DNA of 64,000 nucleotides. Source: Candidatus Izemoplasmatales bacterium (lineage in GTDB: Bacteria; Bacillota_I; Bacilli_A; Izemoplasmatales; Hujiaoplasmataceae). Below, one piece after another: positions 22,067 to 32,700 of the stretch; positions within the stretch are counted from its first letter, which is position 1; the number at the start of each line of letters is the position of its first letter. A program made the position numbers and the translations under genes. The notes under the pieces were generated by a model. It saw only the letters and a program-made list of their open reading frames with translations. It was not told where the DNA came from and searched no databases. The stretch lies in contig JBMNEZ010000001.1 in the NCBI GenBank assembly GCA_050949045.1, positions 992,001 through 1,056,000 on the forward strand. The letters run 5' to 3'.

Positions 22067-24216
22067 TTGAGTTTGCCTAGGATCTCCTCGAGTCGTTCAT
22101 AGCCGATCAGGACCTCGCGAGGCTTCGTGCCCGCATTTGGCGAGACGATCCCGTAGACTTCCAGACTGCCAACGATTTGGGTCGCCCGGTTGAAGCCAAT
22201 GCCGAATTCCTGGGTTATCTTGTTGAGGGAGCATTTATCTTCTCTAACGACAAAACGGGCGACTTCCGGGAAAAGTTCGTCAAGCTCGGCGGTTAGTTCG
22301 GCGGTTTTGGCGGCTTCGATCAGGCTGTTGTGTGTGAATAAATATTGAGGATATGCCTGTTTTTTGATGAAAGTGGTGATCTCTTCGATTTCTTCGGGGG
22401 AAAGATAGGCCCCTTGAAGACGGCGGATCAAACCGTTTTCCGATAACAACATGTCGCCCTTCCCGAGCAGTTTCTCGGCGCCGGTGGTGTCGAGAACGAC
22501 CGATGAGTCGATTGAAGAAGGCACCCTGAAGGCGAATCTGGTCGGAATGTTCGCTTTGATCGAGCCTTTGAGGATATCGGCCGAAGGCCTTTGGGTTGCC
22601 AAGAGCAGGTGGATTCCGACCGCCCGTGATTTTTGGGTCAGTTTGAGAATGCTCTCCTCGACGTCGCCTCCGCCGCTGATCAGAAGATCGGAGGCCTCCT
22701 CGACGATGATGACAAGTCGGGGCATTAATTCAAAATCACTGTCTTGGGCGCGGCGACTATAGTAATCCTTGACGTTGACAGAACGGAAGCGCTTCAAAAC
22801 CTCATAGCGTCTCTCCATTTCGGAAACTGCCCATTTCAAAGCCTCGACGGCCTTTTTAACTTCATCAATGATCGGAGTGACCAAATGCGGGATATCGGCG
22901 AACTGCTGGAGATCAACCTTCTTCGGATCGATCAGCATCAGTCTGACCTGATTGGGGTTGTTCTTGAGCAGGATGCTTGCGATGATTGAAGCAATGCATA
23001 CTGATTTCCCGCTTTGGGTCGATCCGGCAACCAGTCCATGTGGCATGGTCTCGATCGAAGTGTAAACGGGGTTGGCATCGATATCGAGCCCCACGGCAAG
23101 CATCAGGGGATCGTCGGACATGAGAAACTGGGGATGGTCGACGACATCACCGAAAAACACGGATTCTCGCACTTGGTTGGGAACCTCGATACCAATCGTG
23201 TTCTTTCCCGGAATCGGCGCCTCGATTCTGAGGCTGAGTGCGGACAGACTCATCTGGATGTTGTCGGCGATTGCCGTGATTCTCTTCGTTTGAACGCCGG
23301 CGCCGAGTGAAACCTCATAGCGGGTGACGGTCGGTCCCTTGGTATAATTGGTGACTTCACCGTCAATATCAAAAGATAGAAGCGTTTGGTTGATGACATC
23401 GATGTTCTGTTTCACCCACTCCGGCTCAGCCTCGCTCTTTTCTCTGCTCTTGCGAAGCAGTTCGACCGGCGGCAACAAGTAATCCTCAAAGTCATTGGTG
23501 ATTTGTTCTTTGAGTTTTTCGTAATCGGGCTCAAACGTAGTGTCCGATGATTTGGGAGAATATTCGCGATACTCAAACTCGTCGGCGAAAACCGGTTTGA
23601 TTTTAGTGCTATCTTGACCGCCATCAAAATACAGGATGTCGTCCTCCTCGGCAATCGGACCGAAACGGTCGGCATCGAGTTCGCCGGATTCAATATCGCT
23701 CAGGACCTGGTCCAAATCGGATTCAATGGGAGCGCTCTTGTTCTCGCTTTCAAAGGCTTTGGCCTTCTGGAAGAAATCCTCGATCGGAATTTCTGTCGAA
23801 GTTTCCACTGGTCTTTGTTCCTCGACTTTGGGGGCTTGTTCTTGTTCTTGTTTTCGTTTCAACAGATCGTCAACCGAAAGGTCTTTGGAATGAATTTTCC
23901 GCATATCTTCGTTGTTAACGCTCAAGAATTCGTAATAGATGCTTCCGTAGCGGCGCTTTGCCTCTTCCTTGGTCAATTTTTTGACTTTGCGGAAAGCATC
24001 GTATTTTTTATCAATGTCGCCATAGAATTTGCGGTCGTTGGGAACAATGACGTCATCTTTGACAGCCTTGCCAAAAACCGGAGACACGAATTTCTTCTTC
24101 ATCGTTTCCTTATCATCGATTTTGGTAATCTGGGGGATGTAAAAGGGCCGGGAATCCTCGGTTCGGGAAAAACCGGGAACGATTCTCTCAGGCAGTTTGC
24201 GACGTCTTCTTTTCAT
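22063..24216 (-). CDS. ftsK: FtsK/SpoIIIE-family DNA translocase, no N-terminal TM domain
   Basis: [29 protein letters not shown] and [12 protein letters not shown] motifs, C-terminal gamma domain. Confidence 0.93.
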   Translation of the reverse strand: MKRRRRKLPERIVPGFSRTEDSRPFYIPQITKIDDKETMKKKFVSPVFGKAVKDDVIVPNDRKFYGDIDKKYDAFRKVKKLTKEEAKRRYGSIYYEFLSVNNEDMRKIHSKDLSVDDLLKRKQEQEQAPKVEEQRPVETSTEIPIEDFFQKAKAFESENKSAPIESDLDQVLSDIESGELDADRFGPIAEEDDILYFDGGQDSTKIKPVFADEFEYREYSPKSSDTTFEPDYEKLKEQITNDFEDYLLPPVELLRKSREKSEAEPEWVKQNIDVINQTLLSFDIDGEVTNYTKGPTVTRYEVSLGAGVQTKRITAIADNIQMSLSALSLRIEAPIPGKNTIGIEVPNQVRESVFFGDVVDHPQFLMSDDPLMLAVGLDIDANPVYTSIETMPHGLVAGSTQSGKSVCIASIIASILLKNNPNQVRLMLIDPKKVDLQQFADIPHLVTPIIDEVKKAVEALKWAVSEMERRYEVLKRFRSVNVKDYYSRRAQDSDFELMPRLVIIVEEASDLLISGGGDVEESILKLTQKSRAVGIHLLLATQRPSADILKGSIKANIPTRFAFRVPSSIDSSVVLDTTGAEKLLGKGDMLLSENGLIRRLQGAYLSPEEIEEITTFIKKQAYPQYLFTHNSLIEAAKTAELTAELDELFPEVARFVVREDKCSLNKITQEFGIGFNRATQIVGSLEVYGIVSPNAGTKPREVLIGYERLEEILGKLK

Positions 24217-24246
24217 AGGTTAACCCCTCCAAACCTCTTTGGTTTC

Positions 24247-25026
24247 TTATTCGGGTTCGCTTTGGATCAATTCGTCAACCTTGGCTTCGATCAGAGCCTC
24301 GTCATCGGGGCTTGCGAACAGCTTTTTGCTGTAGATCTTGTTGGTTTCCTCGCCGACGATTTCGATAATCATCTTGCATACTTCCTTGGTTAAAAGCGTC
24401 ACTGACGGTTTAATCGTCAGTTTACGGAACCAGTAGATCGGATTGGCGTAGTTCAAGATTGTTCGGCTGGCGGAATACAGTTTTGAAATATGCAGTTTCC
24501 GGCTCAATTTCATCAGTTTCGAATTGTCGAGTGCTTTTTTCTTTTCAAGAATATTGATGATTGTAGAAATGCGGGCATTCTTGAACAAACGCAGAAACTT
24601 GCCGTCGACGATCTTCTCGACCCTTTTTGTCACATAGAATGTGAGATCGATGATTTCCTGGATCGACAGTTCGTACATCGGGTATTTGGAATCGGGAAAA
24701 TAATGGTGGGAGATCTCCTGCATCAGTTCCATTGAAAGATCAATAGCGACCCGGAAATAGGCGTTGTCGGTAAACTTGACCGTGTCGACAAGTTCTTTTT
24801 GTTTTTCTTCCACGATCGCTTCGACCGTCTTACTGTCAAGCGGAGCCTCCCGACTCATCAGAATCTTCTTTCGTTTTCTTCTGCCGCTTACGAGAAGCAA
24901 TGCGATCATGAGCGTAAGCAACACAAAGCCCGTCAGTATCCCTAAGACAAAAATCCGGATGTCCGGCCATGTTACCGCCATGAAGTTAAGATAGCCGCTC
25001 AATTCAAACACTATGTCTGTGCTCAT
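24247..25026 (-). CDS. hypothetical membrane-anchored protein
   Basis: 259-aa ORF with RBS (GAGGT), one N-terminal TM segment, own promoter. Confidence 0.8.
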   Translation of the reverse strand: MSTDIVFELSGYLNFMAVTWPDIRIFVLGILTGFVLLTLMIALLLVSGRRKRKKILMSREAPLDSKTVEAIVEEKQKELVDTVKFTDNAYFRVAIDLSMELMQEISHHYFPDSKYPMYELSIQEIIDLTFYVTKRVEKIVDGKFLRLFKNARISTIINILEKKKALDNSKLMKLSRKLHISKLYSASRTILNYANPIYWFRKLTIKPSVTLLTKEVCKMIIEIVGEETNKIYSKKLFASPDDEALIEAKVDELIQSEPE

Positions 25027-25048
25027 ATCTTACCTCGCTATCATACAA

Positions 25049-25118
25049 ATTATAACTTATAAGCCCTCATTAATCAACAAACTAATCAATTGCGAATTCT
25101 CTCTTCGTGTGAGATAAT
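25049..25118. promoter_or_regulatory. divergent promoter pair
   Basis: Minus strand TTGATT-17-TATAAT (25077-25049). Plus strand TTGCGA-17-GATAAT (25090-25118). Confidence 0.6.
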
Positions 25119-25133
25119 GAAAAAGGTGATACC

Positions 25134-25952
25134 ATGCGGAAATACCTGATCGCTCTTGATCTTGACGGAACCATCCTCTATGATTTCGATACCATCATTC
25201 CCGAACTTAGGGATTTTTTGCGGCTTATCCAGAAAGACGGCCACAAGATTGTCATCGCTACCGGAAGACCTTACCGAAGCTCTCGTTTCGCCTATGAATG
25301 TTTCAATCTCGACACGCCGATCATTAACTATAACGGCGGCTTGATTACCCATCCGCATGATCCGGATTTTCCTGTTGCCAATTACACGATCCGCAAGGAA
25401 AAGATTATCGACATCTTCGAAAGCAACGTCGAGTATATCCGCAACGCTTTCAGCGAGGTCAAAGACGCCATTTATTTGTTCAAAGAAGAAAAAGAGATCG
25501 AACCTCTGCTTCACGTGGGAGGCGCTTCCTTGATCAAAATCGGTCATTTACAAGACACCTTGAGTGAGGATCCTAACGGCTTTATCATCATCGGAAAGCA
25601 AGGCCAAGGACAAAAAATCGTCAATTACGTGAAAGAAAAGTACTTCGGCGAAGTGCTCTCAAGAGTCTGGAACCTCGAGGGCGAATACGATTCCATCGTC
25701 GAAATCTATACCAAGGAATCGAACAAAGGCAAAGGTTTGCTTCATGTCGCAAACTACCTTCACTGGCCGTTGGCAGATACGATCGCGATCGGAGACGGCC
25801 ATAATGATATCGAAATGCTAAAAGTTGCCAACATTGGCGTCGCTGTCAAAGACAGCCATCCGGATCTATTAGAGATAGCTGATGTCATTCTTGACAAAAC
25901 CGCTAAGGAAAACGCCGTAACGTGTTTTTTGAAATCGTTTCTAAACTATTAG
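25134..25952 (+). CDS. Cof-type HAD-IIB hydrolase
   Basis: ALDLDGT, IATGR, NKG and IGDGHNDIEML motifs. Confidence 0.94.
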   Translation: MRKYLIALDLDGTILYDFDTIIPELRDFLRLIQKDGHKIVIATGRPYRSSRFAYECFNLDTPIINYNGGLITHPHDPDFPVANYTIRKEKIIDIFESNVEYIRNAFSEVKDAIYLFKEEKEIEPLLHVGGASLIKIGHLQDTLSEDPNGFIIIGKQGQGQKIVNYVKEKYFGEVLSRVWNLEGEYDSIVEIYTKESNKGKGLLHVANYLHWPLADTIAIGDGHNDIEMLKVANIGVAVKDSHPDLLEIADVILDKTAKENAVTCFLKSFLNY

Positions 25953-26040
25953 TTTATAGTATGTTCTGCATAAAAGATTAATCGGGAAATCGATAGAAGT
26001 AATCTTGTGAAGTACCAGTTGTCATTATCTATCTCAACAG

Positions 26041-26081
26041 AAAAAGAGTCATATTCGGAAGAATTCCAATATGACTTTTTG
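26041..26081. terminator. bidirectional terminator at left island boundary
   Basis: AGTCATATT / AATATGACT stem flanked by A- and T-tracts, between convergent units. Confidence 0.75.
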
Positions 26082-26139
26082 TATAAAAAAATGGTTGTCG
26101 AATGCGCATAAGTTTTCCCGGCTACAAGTGCATGTTCTC

Positions 26140-26680
26140 TTATCCAAATCTAAATGCATCATTCGTGTAATTTATCATGTTGTTTCCCATCCAATTCAGA
26201 TCCGGTTTGTAATCCATGGTTATTATAATAATACTTCATAGAGCCATATCTTGAGCTGAAAGTTCCTGGATTTCACTTTGATAGGATCGATGCCTTGCTG
26301 ACTGTACTTCCAATTCCACCAAAAAAATCACTAGTCATAAATCCTGTTGCAGCGCCATCCATAGCCCCCATCAAACACACCATCCCACGATCCGCTTGTT
26401 AATCCTCCGACAACTCCGCCGACTATCGCGCCTCCTAATGCACCTGATACCGTTCCAGCTATGGCATCTTGAAACGCTCCAGCCAATACAAACCAAGCTA
26501 AGCCTGTAACTGCTCCACCGGTGAGAACAGTCGCAGCTCATGACGCAACAATAATCGAAACTCCGGCGATAACCTTTGTCGAGTTGCTTCAAATAAATGG
26601 ATTCCACCGTGCATATCCATTTATGTCTAGATACACTTCTGGATTGTTTACACAACAAGCGAAAATGTTGGTTGAGAGTG
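26140..26680 (-). pseudogene. orphan Rhs C-terminal toxin cassette (CT3), decayed
   Basis: Manual translation gives LSTNIFACCVNNPEVYLDINGY (Rhs core tip), a Gly/Ala-rich hydrophobic linker, then GTFSSRYGSMKYYYNNHG. Three in-frame TGA stops and at least one frameshift (G5 run near 26365). Confidence 0.8.
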
Positions 26681-26737
26681 GATATTTGGATAATTACACT
26701 ACTTTTGTCTTTGTGTTTTGCTTTTCTAGTCTGTATG

Positions 26738-27238
26738 CTAGTCTGTTTGTGCTTCAAAATACTTATTTATCAAATTAACAAAACTCGGTATCCGCGGTAT
26801 ACCACCATAGTACTCTAGAAATACACCTTCAGAGTTATACAGAATTGCATCGCCACCGTCACTATCATCGTCTAGGAAACTAATCGTAACAACTACGAAA
26901 TCGCCATTTTCATAGTTGATTTTTACTCCAATTCCTTTAGGTGTGTTCAAGTGAGGAAATCCTTCTTGGAAAAACTCGATTTTGGAAAAATCAGAGATGA
27001 AGTTCTCGTTCTCTGTTGTATCCAAAACCTCAAGTATTTCCATTTTGTCGCTGTCAAAATCCAACATATCCTCCGTAGATTCAGTAACTGCATACTCGTC
27101 TGGAGTGTATGATATCAGTTCTATACTGACAATCTCGTCATTTCTTGGGTTGTATTTGAAGCAGTATATAACAGGATCGCAGGCAATTAGAGATATAGAC
27201 AAGATTATCAATAACAATAACAAAATATTCTTTTTCAT
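26738..27238 (-). CDS. lipoprotein, candidate Rhs immunity protein (copy A)
   Basis: Lipobox LIAC and GGAGG RBS. Differs from copy B at 2 of 166 aa. Confidence 0.85.
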   Translation of the reverse strand: MKKNILLLLLIILSISLIACDPVIYCFKYNPRNDEIVSIELISYTPDEYAVTESTEDMLDFDSDKMEILEVLDTTENENFISDFSKIEFFQEGFPHLNTPKGIGVKINYENGDFVVVTISFLDDDSDGGDAILYNSEGVFLEYYGGIPRIPSFVNLINKYFEAQTD

Positions 27239-27253
27239 ATAACGCCTCCATAA

Positions 27254-27552
27254 TTACCAAAAAAATAAACTGGGAAAGATTAAGTGACTCATACCGTAAT
27301 ATATCCATGCTCTCGAAATTTCCTGTTGTGTGTGTTTTTCTCCCCGAACACCGCCTAAAAGATCAGCCATCGTTTCCCAAGGAGCATCATTGTAAGTATC
27401 ACGGTTTGCGCATAGTCCCCATTTTCGCCACGAGGGTAGCCCAACAGTAATGGCATATGTAGCGATTCCCATCATCATGGATTGATAACCGTGTCCTCGT
27501 TCATGCCTTAACGTGTCAAATAAAGCATATCTGTTCAGCGAAATAAAATAGA
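27254..27552 (-). pseudogene. truncated duplicate of the Rhs C-terminal tip (HExxH region)
   Basis: Matches the last ~98 aa of the 2283-aa Rhs protein. No RBS at the nominal TTG start. Confidence 0.85.
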
Positions 27553-27592
27553 TTAAAAAATGATAAATCAACGATATTGATTCGAAACAATT

Positions 27593-28339
27593 TTAGAACA
27601 ACTTGTTTATGATGAAACAAACTCTTTGGAAGTTACTAATCAGCAAATACTGGTCGCTCTTGAAACTGTCGTATTGTTTCTTAACATTATGGAAGTACTC
27701 TAAGCCGCGTATTTCTTTCAGTGCGAAATTCCTTTGGATGTTAATCCGTCTATTCCACGAAATCGTTATCACAAAATCGAAATAGATATCTTCATACTTA
27801 TTCAATATGGTTTTGCTCTCAGGAGAGTCATTCCTCTCGTCTACTATTAAAACATTGTAATTTAGTAGCATTTCATTTTGAGTATATCGATTATTGTCTT
27901 CGGTGAATATGCCGTTGGTGTACACTGAAATCGAATACTTTCTGGCAAATGTTAGGAAGGGATCAATATAATCAAAGGCCACATATCTGTATTCTCTGTA
28001 AAAAAGGCCATTTTTGATAATTGAATACTTGTTCTTAAGAAGGTGTTTTGATACATCAAATTTACTACTAACTCTTTTTCTAATTCTGTATTTGTCAAAC
28101 GTCCTTTGATAATGATCGCAAAAGTAACTTTCATACTCATTCAGAGAGTATTTCGATAGATACTTATATACCCTTTTCATAACTACAAGATAATCCAACA
28201 AGAAATATGAAGCGATGACTAGGACCATCCACATCAATGAAGATAGCATAATACCAACAAAGAGCGAGAGGAATAGCGCGGAAAATCCTGGGATCAATCT
28301 GAATAGTATCACACCACGAAATATATGGTTTTTTATCAT
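27593..28339 (-). CDS. hypothetical membrane protein, candidate immunity for CT2
   Basis: 248 aa, two N-terminal TM segments, AT-rich, ATGA overlap with the CT2 stop. Confidence 0.7.
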   Translation of the reverse strand: MIKNHIFRGVILFRLIPGFSALFLSLFVGIMLSSLMWMVLVIASYFLLDYLVVMKRVYKYLSKYSLNEYESYFCDHYQRTFDKYRIRKRVSSKFDVSKHLLKNKYSIIKNGLFYREYRYVAFDYIDPFLTFARKYSISVYTNGIFTEDNNRYTQNEMLLNYNVLIVDERNDSPESKTILNKYEDIYFDFVITISWNRRINIQRNFALKEIRGLEYFHNVKKQYDSFKSDQYLLISNFQRVCFIINKLF

Positions 28340-28892
28340 CGCTTCACACCTCTAACAGAAATAAGGAAATCTTCTACGTATTCCTGTACCCAATCAGTGA
28401 TTCCATATATCACTGAATCTATCACCGTGTATCCTACAAAACTATATAGATGATCTCCATACGGTAAGAATCTAGCAAATGCATTAGAAACAGAATAAGT
28501 AGCTAATTGATAGACAATGGAGTCCATTGAGTAGTCTTTATTGTAGATATTCTTGTTTTCAAATGCATTGAGACCCGCATTAGCGGCCGCGCCTATGACA
28601 ATACCTGCCGGGCCAAGAGCAATAGTCAGCGTCCCTCCGACTAATGCCCCTACCACATTTTTATCTAGCGGCTGATCGTTGGCGGCATTTGAAAGAATTT
28701 GCCCAGCCCCCGATGCCATACCTGATACGATTGCCAAAACTCCAATTGGGCCTGCCGCAGAAACGGCTAATAGCGATGCAAGTAATACTCCTGCTAAAAT
28801 ATAGTTTGCTTGACTATCTGACAGATATCCATTTATGTCTAGATACACTACTAGATTGTTTACACAACAAGCGAAAATGTTGGTTGAGAGTG
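28336..28892 (-). other. orphan Rhs C-terminal cassette (CT2), open frame after degenerate core tip
   Basis: LSTNIFACCVNNLVVYLDINGY followed by about 160 aa of hydrophobic, Gly/Ala-rich sequence. No evident RBS. Confidence 0.8.
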
Positions 28893-29764
28893 GATATTTG
28901 GATAATTACACTACTTTTGTCTTTGTGTTTTGCTTTTCTAGTCTGTATGCTAGTCTGTTTGCGCTTCAAAATACTTATTTATCAAATTAACAAAACTCGG
29001 TATCCACGGTATACCACCATAATACTCTAGAAATACACCTTCAGAGTTATACAGAATTGCATCGCCACCGTCACTATCATCGTCTAGGAAACTAATCGTA
29101 ACAACTACGAAATCGCCATTTTCATAGTTGATTTTTACTCCAATTCCTTTAGGTGTGTTCAAGTGAGGAAATCCTTCTTGGAAAAACTCGATTTTGGAAA
29201 AATCAGAGATGAAGTTCTCGTTCTCTGTTGTATCCAAAACCTCAAGTATTTCCATTTTGTCGCTGTCAAAATCCAACATATCCTCCGTAGATTCAGTAAC
29301 TGCATACTCGTCTGGAGTGTATGATATCAGTTCTATACTGACAATCTCGTCATTTCTTGGGTTGTATTTGAAGCAGTATATAACAGGATCGCAGGCAATT
29401 AGAGATATAGACAAGATCATCAATAACAATAATAAAATATTCTTTTTCATATAACGCCTCCATAATTACCAAAAAAATAAACTGGGAAAGATTAAGTGAC
29501 TCATACCATAATATATCCATGCTCTCGAAATTTCCTGTTGTGTGTGTACCCGTTCCTGAACACCGCCTAAAAGATCAGCCATCGTTTCCCAAGGAGCATC
29601 ATTGTAAGTATCACGGTTTGCGCATAGTCCCCATTTTCGCCACGAGGGTAGCCCAACAGTAATGGCATATGTAGCGATTCCCATCATCATGGATTGATAA
29701 CCGTGTCCTCGTTCATGCCTTAACGTGTCAAATAAAGCATATCTGTTCAGCGAAATAAAATAGA
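28825..29764. repeat. 940-bp direct repeat, copy B
   Basis: Near-identical to 26613-27552. Confidence 0.95.
28950..29450 (-). CDS. lipoprotein, candidate cognate immunity protein of the Rhs toxin
   Basis: Directly downstream of the Rhs stop, lipobox LIAC, GGAGG RBS. Confidence 0.85.
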   Translation of the reverse strand: MKKNILLLLLMILSISLIACDPVIYCFKYNPRNDEIVSIELISYTPDEYAVTESTEDMLDFDSDKMEILEVLDTTENENFISDFSKIEFFQEGFPHLNTPKGIGVKINYENGDFVVVTISFLDDDSDGGDAILYNSEGVFLEYYGGIPWIPSFVNLINKYFEAQTD

Positions 29765-32700
29765 AAGACCCGGATCGACCACTCTCCTTCATAAATACAG
29801 GTTGACATTTGTAAAACGAGAAGTAGGAAGATGCAAATACAGCGCTTTCGTCTGTGTTGAATGGATTCCAACCTATTCCATTCATGTCCGCCCAGGCACC
29901 GCTACCACCATTGAAGGCAAGATCCCCTAACGCCCATACTGCCATGGCAACATATGATACTGCGGACGTGGCTATTTGGGCTATGGTGCCTCCAACTGGA
30001 GTAAATAGCAGAATGGCAATTACTGCAATTACAATGGTTGCACATTCTCCACTGGGATCTAGATACATTACCGGATTGTTTGTACAATATGCATACATGT
30101 TGGTGGAGAGAATGTTGCCGGCTTGACCTAATAAGCCATCACTGCTGATGAATCTGCCAATGGCGGGATCATAGTATCTGCTGTTTAGGTAATACCTCTC
30201 GATTTCCCAATCATACCGATATCCTCTGTAATAGTATGGATTGAGCATTGACATGATTCCACCTGTCGATTCATAGGCTACAGTGAGTTTCCCATACGCA
30301 TCATATTGATACTGGGCGTTGACCGTCCCTTCATTATCTACGATCATCGTGATGTCGCCCTGCTGGTTCCGAATATAGAAGAAATCATAGCCATCAAAGC
30401 CGTCACTGATATCCAAATCAAGCGTGAAGCCGATGAGGGTTCCGTCATAATCGTAATTGAACACCATCGCATACGTACCGTTGGTTTCATATACTACTTT
30501 GTCGCCAAGAAGTTCATAAGTGATTCGATTTTGCTGAAGCCAAGTTTGTGATCCACCATAATTGTAGAACGTTTTCGAAATCCGGTATCCTTGATCGTTG
30601 TACTGATATCCGATTTTCTTGGATAAGGTTGATCCGGTCGCGAAGACAATGTTGCTCAGTCGCCTGCCATCCCAATCAAGATATGCATTCGTGTAGTTTG
30701 TCCCATTGTACTTGACATTGGTGATCTGGGTTGGATTTCCTTGGTTGTCATAGGTCAACACATGATTCGTGGAAACCCCGTTTACTATTGTAGCATATGA
30801 TTCCAACTGATCCAACCATTCGTCATCATATACATATGTCGAATAGTTGGTGCTGGTTCCGGCTGAGGTCGCCAGATTACCGACACTGAATCGCACGTTG
30901 AACACAACATCAATTCCGAAATATGATGAGGTGGCGCGATAGATGACTTCATAATACCCTTTTTGAAACGAATCAACCTCGCCCCCTAATTGAGTCGTTG
31001 GAATCCCGTAAAATACCCCCGGAGATCCGGAATCTTGGTAAGTGAATGTCAACTCCGAGCTGCCGCCGACATCAACGTTTTTAACTTGCGAGTATATGAT
31101 GTTCGAGTCATAGAAGGGAATAACCTCCGTTAAGCCAAAGTTGATTATCGCGCTTGGCGGAATCAGCGCCCCGGTCTTCCGATATTCATATTGATATCGA
31201 TAGTTTGCTGTCCGATTACCGCGGGAATCATACTCGTAGACATTGGTGTAACTCGTTCCCGATGACACCCAAATATCCTCCGCGACAAGCTGATTGAGGC
31301 CATCATACTCATAGTAGACTTTTCGCTTCAGTGTAAGAACCGAACTGACTCTCTCGTAGTAAGATTCTTGGACAATGTTGCCTAATTCATCATAGATATA
31401 CGAATGCTTGTATTCAACGGTTCCGTTATCGGCGAAATCAAACGAAAGATCCTGGATTCGCGAATGGGCTCCTGAATATGTGAAACTTTGTTTGATGTCC
31501 AGACTGTCGATCGTGAGTTTGATATACTGAAGTCGATGAAGAGCGTTTTCTTCGTATTGAAATGCTTTATTGACCGATACGCCGTTGCTGGTTATATATT
31601 CCGTATTGCTAATCATCGAGAAGCCATCGTATTCGTAGGTGATCTCACTATCAAAGTCTTCAAACAAGAATTTCAGATTAACTATGTTGCCCTGCGGGTC
31701 ATATCCGAAATTTGTGATGTTGCCTGACTCGTCCTTGATTTGCGTCATTCTTCCTGCGGAATCATATGCGTAGAACTCTCGGGCGGTCAGAACGCCGGAT
31801 CGGGTCTCCGAGTACACGGAAAGGGCTCCCTTCTGGTCATATTCGTATCCATAGGTCACTAGACTAATGGCGCTGGAATCAAACATCTGAATCTCAGAAA
31901 TCTGGTCGTTGTCATCATATGTAAACTCAATGTAATCTTGGTTGCCATATTCCTGTTTCCCAATCTTAGCTGTCAGGTAGCCTTCGCCCTCAACGTAAGT
32001 GTAACTCATGAGTGTAGTGGAATTGACATATACCTGAACAATACGGTTGAAGGCGTCGTACTCGATCTCATAATAGTATGTAGGTGAAGACGGGTTTTCG
32101 TATTCCAGACAAATCTTGCTCAAGCGGTCTTTGGAGTCGTAGAGGTATGCCACATGCGCGAGTGATTCTTCCGAAGATTCACCTAAATCGACCCCCGAAT
32201 CAACCTCGACCAGTTTTACTTCGTCATCATAAACCATAGACGAATAACCGTTCTTTGCATTTGTGATCGCTTGAAGCAATCCGGTTAAGACATCGGTCGT
32301 ATAGGCGGTGATATTTCCGTATTCATCGGTTGTCGAGGAGACATATTGGGAATAGTGGAGGTAGGTTGTCGATGTTGTGTAGTAAGTACTCCCATTGCCG
32401 ACTTCTAAACTGGTAACTTGCCCATAGTCATTATATGTAGGTGTAACCGATACATTATTGTAGATGGTAATGGCTTCCAGTCTTTCGTTCTCACTGCTTA
32501 TTGTGGTTGTTACATCATTATGTGTGATGGAACTAGGAATTTGGGAATAATTGTCAGGATATGCATATTGAGTTATATCCCCGTTTTGAGATGTGATTTT
32601 GTCGACCCGGCCATAATCATCGTATAGGTAATATGTGAATGTAGATTCATATGTCGCTGTGATGCCGTCAAAAGAAACCGACCCCTCCCCTTTATACTCC

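Larger units (their letters stand above)
26613..27552. repeat. 940-bp direct repeat, copy A (copy B at 28825-29764)
   Basis: Near-identical sequence at offset 2212, aligned by eye. Confidence 0.95.

Noticed and set aside
23614..24393. Long antisense ORFs (also 6524-7156, 49715-50485 and others)
   Set aside because: Opposite well-conserved genes, with no RBS or recognisable motifs. Expected from codon bias.
26270..26592. Three in-frame TGA codons in CT3, two at plausible Trp positions, suggesting TGA=Trp (code 4)
   Set aside because: Core genes such as dxr, pyrH and prfA end in TGA. The same cassette also has frameshifts and uses TGG for Trp. TGG-to-TGA decay is the simpler explanation.
26371..26757. 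128-aa minus-strand ORF
   Set aside because: Shadow frame over the decayed CT3 cassette. The Rhs-like motifs are in another frame.
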